Of a DNA stretch of 64,000 nt, positions 39,579 through 47,885 are shown one piece after another (positions within the stretch are counted from its first letter, which is position 1; every line of letters begins with the position of its first letter). The position numbers and the translations under genes are program-made. The notes under the pieces are model-generated. The model had not been told where the DNA came from. It made no database searches and saw nothing but the letters and a program-made list of their open reading frames with translations. The stretch is from Candidatus Borrarchaeum weybense (GTDB lineage Archaea; Asgardarchaeota; Sifarchaeia; Borrarchaeales; Borrarchaeaceae), in NCBI GenBank assembly GCA_019057385.1, contig JAHQJS010000006.1, positions 677,038-741,037 of the forward strand, read 5' to 3'.

Positions 39579-40439
39579 ATGTTTGCGGATTGGACGAGTA
39601 GATGGGAAGCGCTTATTACTGATCAAAAGTCAAGAATGTATATCGTGAAGGAAGATGGAAGTTTAGCTGAAGCTGGTGTCAAACAAGAAAATCTGAGTTC
39701 AGGATCTGTAGTTTTGATTGTAGATATTGTTGCTCGTGCAATTTGGATATGGCATGGAAAAGATGTAGGCCCAAAAGACAAATTTATTGGTGCAAGAGCA
39801 GCCAGAGCTCTACGAAGTGTTGTGGGTCCTAAGTTTCGTACTATGTCCCCATTAAGTGAAGGCGAAGAAACTTCAGATTTGTTAAAAGTCTTTGAATCTA
39901 CTGGTGGGATAATGGAAGAACCTTCGGCGCCACCTGTTCAACTTGAAGATGTACCAGAAGACCCCATCATGCCACTTACTCAACTTAAGGAGGACGCTGA
40001 AGACCCTTCAACACCACCCATTCAACTTGAAGAAATATCTCCTCCCATAGAAGAAATTAATGAAGTGACAAATAGCACTCAGACCGATACATCTGTTCAA
40101 CGCGTGACAAAAACTACTGAATCGAAGACTGAGGAAAAGCCTGAGGTTTCTTTATCATCTTTGGATTCCGAAAAAGTACGTGATTTAGCGTCGTTAATTA
40201 TTTCGTATACTTTAAAGCAAATTTATCGAGTTGAACCAATTATAAGTAGAACTAAGACACATGACCTCTTTCGAGTTAGTCAAGAAGGCGTGCAATTGTG
40301 TAAAGTAAAAATACAAATACAAAATACCACTATTAGCGTTTTAGAAGCCGTTTTTGATGAAAAAGAAGAAAAAAACGCATTTTATGAGGATTTAAATGAG
40401 CAACTGCGTCTTATTCAAAAAATAGCTTTAAGTACATGA
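39579..40439 (+). CDS. Gelsolin-domain protein with Pro/Glu-rich repeat linker
   Basis: LSSGSVVLIVD..IWIWHGKDVGPKDKFIGARAA..SEGEETSDL. Confidence 0.7.
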   Translation: MFADWTSRWEALITDQKSRMYIVKEDGSLAEAGVKQENLSSGSVVLIVDIVARAIWIWHGKDVGPKDKFIGARAARALRSVVGPKFRTMSPLSEGEETSDLLKVFESTGGIMEEPSAPPVQLEDVPEDPIMPLTQLKEDAEDPSTPPIQLEEISPPIEEINEVTNSTQTDTSVQRVTKTTESKTEEKPEVSLSSLDSEKVRDLASLIISYTLKQIYRVEPIISRTKTHDLFRVSQEGVQLCKVKIQIQNTTISVLEAVFDEKEEKNAFYEDLNEQLRLIQKIALST

Positions 40440-40521
40440 AACTCCTTTTACCATTTAACCACTATGTACAAGACCATATTTCTTCACTAATTTTTATTCA
40501 TTGATATAAGGAGCATTTGAA

Positions 40522-42090
40522 ATGGAATTTAATGATCTAACAGGCCATAATCAACTATTAAATAGAGTAATTCCAATTATATTTCTACTAATTTTTATAG
40601 GACTTATGATTTTCACATTTCTCTTTGAGACCTATCTTCTTGCATTTTTGATTTTTGGTCCGATAGTTTTCGCATTGGCTTGGTTTTCGTATGGCTACTT
40701 AAGAGTAAGACCATTTCGTATCCCACTTAAACTAATGTTTCTCGTAGGTTACGGAGGAGTTTTTATCATATTCACGGCATTAATTCTCAACCAGCTTGGA
40801 GCCCTTAATGCGATAGTAGGAATTTTGCTCATCGGTACAATAATTGCTCCCGAATTATGGCTTACGGTACTTACTGTTGTAATAGTAGCACCTCTTGTTG
40901 AAGAATTTACTAAAGCGCTTCCTAATATGTTATTCTACTGGTCTAAAGAACAGAGTGTCTCAACTGTAATAAAAGGCGAAAGAAAAGGGCTACTTTATAG
41001 TGAATACAGAGGTTGGTTCTTCGGAATAATGACGGGTGCGATCTTTACAGTCCTGGAAACTTATCTTTATGTCTTTATCAATCTCCCCGCAGTTGGAGTA
41101 ACTGATCTCTTTCAATATTGGTTACAGGTGGTTCTTCGGGGTGGCGCTCCGGTACACATGGGTGGTGCCATGCTGACAGGTTATGCTCTCGGAAAAGCTG
41201 ATCGCTTACGAACAAAAACAAACTCGCGCTTCTCGGCGCTAAAAACGGTTTTCCTGTTCTATATACTAGCAGTCTTGTTACATCTTTCTTGGAATGGATC
41301 AAGCGTGTTGTTTTCCCTAGTACCTAGTGGATTTGTATTTGATATTGCTTCTCTCGTAGTTTTCGCAATTCTTGGTGTTATAGTTTACATTATTGGATTT
41401 AAACTCATGAAAAACAGTTTAGATATAGCCAAAGACTTTTCTAGTTGTGAGAGATGTGATCTAAATTTTCCCTCAGAGTTAGAAAGTTGTCCGCACTGCG
41501 TGAAAAACCTAAAAGTAGTTAAAAAGATGCCTTCTGAAATGGTCTCGTATAAGTTTTGCGAATCCTGCAATGAAAAGTATTCTATAACGGATGACTTTTG
41601 TAAAAAATGCGGTCAAAAACTTTCTTCTAAAAAAGACATAGACACACAATTTGTAGAAAAAAAGCCTCAATTACTAGCAATTTCGACGCTTTTAATGCTG
41701 ATGCTAAATATCTTGTTAGGGTTTGCCCTAGTTCTTGGAGGTTATCTCCTCGTATTATTGGCGGCAACAACAGGTGTTTCTGGGGCTGTTGTGTTGGCAA
41801 GCTTTGCTTTGCTTATCGGTATTCTCTCATTTGCAGGAGTATTGGGCGTATTTTTCCGATGGTATTCAGGTTGGTACATTTCAATACTGTTTGCAATTAC
41901 TATCGCGGCATCTGTTATACTCGTAGCAAGCTTCGGAGTAGGCTACTTAATCATTACAACAGGATTAACGCCTTTAGTTGGTCTTGCACTAGGACTTGGT
42001 GGTTTCGTTGTAGTAGCTATTCTCTTAATTCTCTTCTTCGTCTTCACAAAAGAAGAAGACTTCCTTACAATGCGTTTTAGAGCAATGTGA
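40522..42090 (+). CDS. PrsW-family intramembrane protease with double zinc ribbon
   Basis: APLVEEFTK, FTVLET, PVH, LHLSWN; CERC..CPHC, CESC..CKKCG. Confidence 0.8.
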   Translation: MEFNDLTGHNQLLNRVIPIIFLLIFIGLMIFTFLFETYLLAFLIFGPIVFALAWFSYGYLRVRPFRIPLKLMFLVGYGGVFIIFTALILNQLGALNAIVGILLIGTIIAPELWLTVLTVVIVAPLVEEFTKALPNMLFYWSKEQSVSTVIKGERKGLLYSEYRGWFFGIMTGAIFTVLETYLYVFINLPAVGVTDLFQYWLQVVLRGGAPVHMGGAMLTGYALGKADRLRTKTNSRFSALKTVFLFYILAVLLHLSWNGSSVLFSLVPSGFVFDIASLVVFAILGVIVYIIGFKLMKNSLDIAKDFSSCERCDLNFPSELESCPHCVKNLKVVKKMPSEMVSYKFCESCNEKYSITDDFCKKCGQKLSSKKDIDTQFVEKKPQLLAISTLLMLMLNILLGFALVLGGYLLVLLAATTGVSGAVVLASFALLIGILSFAGVLGVFFRWYSGWYISILFAITIAASVILVASFGVGYLIITTGLTPLVGLALGLGGFVVVAILLILFFVFTKEEDFLTMRFRAM

Positions 42091-42693
42091 GGCTTTACAG
42101 CATTTTTAAAGAGAATAGAACTTCCCTCTCAACAGTAGTTCCTAGTTAGTTAACTAGAAGGTGTGGTTACGCACACGTCATCCATTTTTCTTATGGATGA
42201 CGAAACGCCCTTCGAAGCCAACGAGTGCTCGCTTCTAGTGAATTGTTAACAACAGCTGGGTCGTATAGTATAGCAATATACTTCAACCAAAGAAATACAA
42301 AAGCAAAAGCCCAAGGAAGAAGACTATTGGAACGAGCACAAGTACAATATACATCGTTGATTTTTTTGTTCTATTGCTCATATTCTTACCTCGCATATTC
42401 GTTTTTGAGGATATTATCCAATAATTATCACAAAACACTTTGTAAAAACTATCTCCTTTTCTAACTTAAACAAAGAACATTCTCAAAAACACCACATGTG
42501 TTTCAGAAACTAATGAATGTTTCTTTTTTATTGTGGCAAACTACACGAAAAATGAGATAATATTGGATGTCTTCTTTTTATCTTAGAATATTCGGGAGGT
42601 TTCAAAATAACATGCGCTGAAATCAAGATTAAAGTAAATTTTCACACGTTAATTGGGTATTTTGGTCTTTTCTTCAATATAGTTGGAGTATTT

Positions 42694-43164
42694 TTGCCTT
42701 GGATGAATGTATTTTATTACGACTATTATTATTACTATTACTATGGCTGGGAATTCATTGGACTTTTCGGTATTGGGATATTATCTGTAATTGGTAGTTT
42801 TCTTGCATTGATTGGCTTACTCAAAAAAGCAAAAGTGCCTTTGGCTATTGGAGGATTGTTAAACATTTACAATGCGGGAGGTGTGATGGCTTTTTTGGCA
42901 TTTTGGTATCTCCCAGAAGTAATAGGCATTGGTGCAATTATTTGCTTGATCGCTGGATTAGTGCTATTAGTTTCTGCGTTCCTGCCGGATGTCACAAGCC
43001 ATCAAACGATGAACTATGAGAGTTATCAAATGTCATCCGTCAGCAACATCGTACCTGGATACAATCGCGTTGAAAACAACTCTACTTCCCTCATGCAGCA
43101 AAACGAATATTCATCATCGCCCCCTCTTATCCGGTACTGTAGGTTCTGTGGAAAGAAATTGTAA
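42694..43164 (+). CDS. Tyr-rich membrane protein, possibly frameshifted/decaying
   Basis: Hydrophobic frame extends to 42616; SD-linked ATG 42612 is one base out of frame; ends in half zinc ribbon CRFCGKKL. Confidence 0.5.
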   Translation: MPWMNVFYYDYYYYYYYGWEFIGLFGIGILSVIGSFLALIGLLKKAKVPLAIGGLLNIYNAGGVMAFLAFWYLPEVIGIGAIICLIAGLVLLVSAFLPDVTSHQTMNYESYQMSSVSNIVPGYNRVENNSTSLMQQNEYSSSPPLIRYCRFCGKKL

Positions 43165-43186
43165 GGTTAGTTGTCAGCTACTGGCC

Positions 43187-45280
43187 TTAACAAAAGTTCA
43201 TTGGTCGCCTATATAGGATATCTTCAATATATGCCCTTAGAGGTTCTGCGACACTCCATGCCTGAGAAATACAACCTCGTGCAAAATGGGGATACTCTCC
43301 GTCAAAGATTTCACTGATGCTACCAAGTCCAGCGTGTCCTATTTGGACAACATAAGGTTCCAAAAATGTCTCTAAGGCAAATTTTCTCCATTGGGGTTTA
43401 TATTTGTTCAATTTGACAAAGGAAGTTATGAATGGTCCCAATAACCAACCCCAGACCGTACCTTGATGATATGAGGAGTCTCTTTTCCATCTATCACCCT
43501 GATATGCTGCGACATATCTTGGATCTTCTGGAGAAAGGCTTCTTAAACCATATGGGGTAAGTAGTTTTTCCCATACCTTATCAAGGATAAGTTTTTGTTT
43601 CTGATAGTCTAAAAGTGGGAAGTCCAGAGAAATTACAAACAGTTGGTTAGGTCGAATAGAGGCATCCTTTTCATCTTTATTTACTACATCGTAAAGACAA
43701 TTAGTTTGTTCGTTCCAAAAAGTCTTCTCAAAATTATTCTTTACTCGATTCGAAAGGGCAGTATAATTGGTTAATGATACACTATCATCTAACCTGCGAG
43801 ATAAATTGTTCATTATTTGCAGAACATTATACCATAGCGCTTGAATTTCAACAGCTTTGCCCTCACGAGGCGTAACGTTCCAGTCGTCAATTCTTGCATC
43901 CATCCATGTTAATTGTGGTCCATGTGAAAGGAGTCCATCTGTTTTGTCCGTTTTTATGTTGAAATCCGCTCCGTCAATGTGAGCCTCCATTATCGACTTT
44001 AGAACTGGCCACAACTCGTTTACAAAATCAAAGTCATTTGTGTATTTTAAATATTGGTAGACTGCATAGATATACCACAGAGTACCATCGACTGTATTAT
44101 ATTCCTCTCCTGACATCACGGTAATTCCTAGATCTAAAAATCGATTTGGGATTAATCCATTTTTACAGTATTTTGCAAACGTAGATAAAATTAGTTGTGC
44201 TTCTTTATATTGCCCTGTGACAAGCAATAATCCAGGTAACGAAATAAACGTATCTCTCCCCCAATCTGAGAACCAATGATAGCCTGCAATAACTGTATTT
44301 CCATTCGTTCTCTTTACAACAAAAGATCTTGCCGCTCTAATCAGCCATTTTAACCAATCTGCTTTAGTCGCATCATCATGTAATTTATAAAATTCATTAA
44401 ATAGTTCTGTTATTTTATATTTTTCAAATTCAAGTAAGGCCTCCCAGTCTGTGTTTTTCTGTATGTTTAGTTGTTTCATAGCAGTTGCTTCAGACTGTGA
44501 AGTATCTGTGGCAAAAGCAATGATATGTACTGTTTCCCATGAGGCAGGTTCTACTTCTATGGAAAAACTTCCTGGAGAGTAATTATCTTCAAGAAAAACT
44601 TCGCCACGGCGTTCTTCAAGAGGATACTTCAGATTTGTGTACCATCTTTGTTTTTCAGGCAAATTACTTTCCTTATAACCACACCAATCTGAGAAAAGAG
44701 ACAAATAGGGTGCATCTTTGTATGTTGCAACAATATTTACATAATTTTCCTCTATTTCTTGTTGAAATTGCCAGTTAATTTCATCTAAACGCGTAATATG
44801 ATGAAAGGATCGTGAATTTATCAACGGATAAACTACAAAACGAAGTTTTTCGTCATCTAAATTCAGAATTCGGTATTGAATGATTGTAGCATTTTTTTGA
44901 TGTATCATGCTAATACTTTTTTGGATAGTTACTCTATTGTTACTAAAAAGACTGCAAGGAAAATGAGCTAGTACAAAATTCTTAAGATGCTTGTAACCTT
45001 CAGGATATATTGTATCTTTGTAAAAATTTGTTGAGAGTTTGAAAACCCTGTTAGCCTGAATTATTTCTTCCTCAAGTTTATTTAAGAGCACTGTCCTTTT
45101 TAATGGGGGTTTCATAGATGCAACAAGCAGTCCATGATATTTTCTAGTATTTGCACCAAGTATAGAAGATGAAGCGTATCCGCCAATAAAATTGGGGACA
45201 ATCCATTCAAAAGAAGAAGCAATTTGCAGAGGGGTCATATCAAATTGCGAGGGGTCATATCTTAACTCTAATCTAGACAT
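43187..45280 (-). CDS. Glycogen debranching enzyme (amylo-alpha-1,6-glucosidase, archaeal type)
   Basis: NTRKYHGLL, IAGYHWFSDWGRDTFISLPG, QLTWMDA, RPNQ, YHQGTVW, GCISQAWSVAE. Confidence 0.93.
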   Translation of the reverse strand: MSRLELRYDPSQFDMTPLQIASSFEWIVPNFIGGYASSSILGANTRKYHGLLVASMKPPLKRTVLLNKLEEEIIQANRVFKLSTNFYKDTIYPEGYKHLKNFVLAHFPCSLFSNNRVTIQKSISMIHQKNATIIQYRILNLDDEKLRFVVYPLINSRSFHHITRLDEINWQFQQEIEENYVNIVATYKDAPYLSLFSDWCGYKESNLPEKQRWYTNLKYPLEERRGEVFLEDNYSPGSFSIEVEPASWETVHIIAFATDTSQSEATAMKQLNIQKNTDWEALLEFEKYKITELFNEFYKLHDDATKADWLKWLIRAARSFVVKRTNGNTVIAGYHWFSDWGRDTFISLPGLLLVTGQYKEAQLILSTFAKYCKNGLIPNRFLDLGITVMSGEEYNTVDGTLWYIYAVYQYLKYTNDFDFVNELWPVLKSIMEAHIDGADFNIKTDKTDGLLSHGPQLTWMDARIDDWNVTPREGKAVEIQALWYNVLQIMNNLSRRLDDSVSLTNYTALSNRVKNNFEKTFWNEQTNCLYDVVNKDEKDASIRPNQLFVISLDFPLLDYQKQKLILDKVWEKLLTPYGLRSLSPEDPRYVAAYQGDRWKRDSSYHQGTVWGWLLGPFITSFVKLNKYKPQWRKFALETFLEPYVVQIGHAGLGSISEIFDGEYPHFARGCISQAWSVAEPLRAYIEDILYRRPMNFC

Positions 45281-45330
45281 GATCCGTTACTCTAATTATT
45301 CTCGCATAAATAACTATGCTTCAAGGTAGT

Positions 45331-46092
45331 CTATAAATCTGAAATCATCCACACAAAAAGATTCAGAATTAGCGTATGATTGTCCTCAACACGAAATACT
45401 TGATCATGAAAGAAATTTGGTGTTCCAATAGCTACAACCTTTCCAGTTTTAACCGTAGTGGTGGCGATAATTGGCACATGTGGGATACCTATATCTATCC
45501 AGTCCTCTTTGCCAAAAAATCCAGTCTTATCCGAAAACTCGCTCTTTGATGCATCTCTATTAATGGCTTCAACTGATGCATTATCATCTGAATAGGCTAT
45601 ATTCTTCATTCTTCTAGTTCTGGTGAGCAAACTACAGCCTACAGGATATATTAAGCGTTTCACTCCTAAAGTGACTTGATCTTCAATTATATCTGTGATA
45701 ATCGGCCATGTTACCTTTCCAACATTGTTTTGATCATCAATAACTCTGTCTGATTGGAAAATAATACCGAATTGTTTCCCTAACTCACTTAAATTATTAT
45801 TCCAGTTGAGATCTCCGCCATTTCCACTTATAATCCACAGACAGCCACCATCTTCTACATAATTGATGTATTCTATGATTTGATCAATCGAAAATGGCTT
45901 TTTTGGATGTCCTATTACAACTATGTCAAAATCAGTTAGTTCCATCTCCCCAGAACTTGAATAAAGCTCAAGAGGAAAGAAACTCATCCAAGGTACAGTT
46001 AATAAGTCTCTAAAGGCTGAATAAAAAGGTAATTCTATCTTCAAAGTCTCATAATGCTCTGAAGTGAATAAAACCTTTCGGAATTCGACCAT
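45331..46092 (-). CDS. GIFT/DUF4350-like (class I GATase-like fold) protein
   Basis: LTDFDIVVIGHPKKPFS..YVEDGG..NLSELGKQFGIIF..GKVVAIGTPNFF..DNHTLILNLFVW. Confidence 0.6.
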   Translation of the reverse strand: MVEFRKVLFTSEHYETLKIELPFYSAFRDLLTVPWMSFFPLELYSSSGEMELTDFDIVVIGHPKKPFSIDQIIEYINYVEDGGCLWIISGNGGDLNWNNNLSELGKQFGIIFQSDRVIDDQNNVGKVTWPIITDIIEDQVTLGVKRLIYPVGCSLLTRTRRMKNIAYSDDNASVEAINRDASKSEFSDKTGFFGKEDWIDIGIPHVPIIATTTVKTGKVVAIGTPNFFHDQVFRVEDNHTLILNLFVWMISDL

Positions 46093-46136
46093 GCTAGTAC
46101 TTCTCCTTTTCTATGCTAAAACATTTTCAAGATTCT

Positions 46137-46304
46137 TTAATCTGCTTTTCTTGTTTCCTGTCCAGCATCTTCAACTGATTTTACAAGCTCCTCACTTAAA
46201 AACTCCAGTATATCTTCAATAAAATCTTCTAAAGTCTCTTTAACAGTTTCAGATATTAGAATTCGTAATTCATCAGTAGTCAGATCTCTTATCTTCGTCC
46301 CCAT
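46137..46304 (-). CDS. Small acidic protein (55 aa), antitoxin-like
   Basis: MGTKIRDLTTDELRILISETVKETLEDFIEDILEFLSEELVKSVEDAGQETRKAD; AAGGTG upstream; below track cutoff. Confidence 0.6.
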   Translation of the reverse strand: MGTKIRDLTTDELRILISETVKETLEDFIEDILEFLSEELVKSVEDAGQETRKAD

Positions 46305-46424
46305 AAGCGGCACCTTTCTTCTTTTTTTAGAGAAACTTTTCCAATAACGATATGCTTTTTAGTTTAATCAATATAAAAGCATAAACAAAGAAAAGATCAT
46401 TTAATTATTGAGGTTGAAATCATT

Positions 46425-47348
46425 ATGTATGCCGAGGGAGCGCTTGGTGGATTAGCAGAACTTTTACCTCAATTAGCGACTTTTATTATTAAAAAAGGAA
46501 AATCGGTAAACCTTGAAGAACGATCCGAGAAAGAACGCCACATTTTTACTTTCATAAGTCGCTATGATGAAGTTACACCACAAGATATTCTCAAACGTGA
46601 AGAACATGCAGAATTTGGAATTAGGCACGTACCTGCTGAACACATTAAATTCATGATCGATAATTCAGTCGTTTCTGCAATAGAACAGTTGTATAATGCG
46701 GGAACTATTTCTTCAGATTCTGAAGATTTCAAACCAAAACTCAAAGAATTTCGTGGTATTTCTCAGAAACTAGAATACCTTCGATTTTTACCACGTCTTG
46801 ACATGGATGTGTTACGAGAAGAAGGTCGATTAATGGAATTACGCGACAAATCATTAGAAGAAGTTAAACAGTTTAATTTAACTTATGATGGACCTAGTTT
46901 CACAATGGAAAACATACTTGAGTCCGTTTCGGAGTATACAAGTTGGATGCACCTCTTTAGGCTAATTCCTAAACTAGTTGCGAAAGGAGTATCCATCAAA
47001 GACATGATTGAAAAGACACATGAAGTTACTGATAAATCGGTAGATGCACAACCAATTGCCACGCCTGCTGAAAAACTCAAATCGATCGAAAATACTCTTG
47101 AAACAATCCTTCAGGGTTTTGATGAAGGTATTTTTGAATCAGATATTCCTACTGAGGATGTAACTAGATTAATTCAAGAGATCCTTGATATACTTAGAAT
47201 CCAAATGAGCAATCCGACCGATTATATGGAACTCTACGAGGTCTTAGGAAAAGGCGGTTTTCGACATTCTCCACGCTTTAAAAAACTCAATAGCCCAACG
47301 TACCTAGTCGTAAACACACAGTCCGCAAAAGAAGTTTTCTTTTCTTAA
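46425..47348 (+). CDS. Hypothetical protein
   Basis: 307-aa ORF with GAGG upstream; no recognised motif. Confidence 0.7.
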   Translation: MYAEGALGGLAELLPQLATFIIKKGKSVNLEERSEKERHIFTFISRYDEVTPQDILKREEHAEFGIRHVPAEHIKFMIDNSVVSAIEQLYNAGTISSDSEDFKPKLKEFRGISQKLEYLRFLPRLDMDVLREEGRLMELRDKSLEEVKQFNLTYDGPSFTMENILESVSEYTSWMHLFRLIPKLVAKGVSIKDMIEKTHEVTDKSVDAQPIATPAEKLKSIENTLETILQGFDEGIFESDIPTEDVTRLIQEILDILRIQMSNPTDYMELYEVLGKGGFRHSPRFKKLNSPTYLVVNTQSAKEVFFS

Positions 47349-47541
47349 TAACTTTTCTGAATACTAGTTCAAGATTCTAGTTGAAACGCTATTGACTTAG
47401 TAATTTACTTCTTTTGAATAGGGTTTTCATTCTTCCTGAAACTCTTTGAAAAATCTTATTTTCAAGTAGAATTAAGTATATGAACTGGTCTCTTCCGATT
47501 GACTATGATAAAGATATTATGAGTCATCCTCAAATTAAATG

Positions 47542-47742
47542 CTACTTCTCCACTTTCTCTATGAGAGAGGAACCTACTATGAGTGCGATTATCCCTACTG
47601 CCACAACAAACGCTGGATTGGTGCCTGCGAAGAATGGTGACACACCTGCGATATAGCTGACCACTCCTTCAGCCAGCATCAGAGCTCCTAACACGATGAC
47701 GATGATACCTTCCACTAGTCTACCTATACTTTTAATTTCCAT
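47542..47742 (-). CDS. Small two-TM membrane protein
   Basis: MEIKSIGRLVEGIIVIVLGALMLAEG...; probable start at the internal Met of the track ORF. Confidence 0.55.
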   Translation of the reverse strand: MEIKSIGRLVEGIIVIVLGALMLAEGVVSYIAGVSPFFAGTNPAFVVAVGIIALIVGSSLIEKVEK

Positions 47743-47885
47743 GAACTCAAAATGAGTCCTTTTGGCTTTATAAAATTGCGTGAAGTTTGTGTCAATAACG
47801 TTCGGTTCTGAGAACGTTTTCCTTAAAAATTCTAATCGAACCATGTTGGAGAATCAGAAAGCCTTACTGCTTTAGCGTGAGGTAG

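Noticed and set aside
42170-42215. Hammerhead ribozyme (stem followed by GAAAC)
   Set aside because: No CUGANGA core on either strand.
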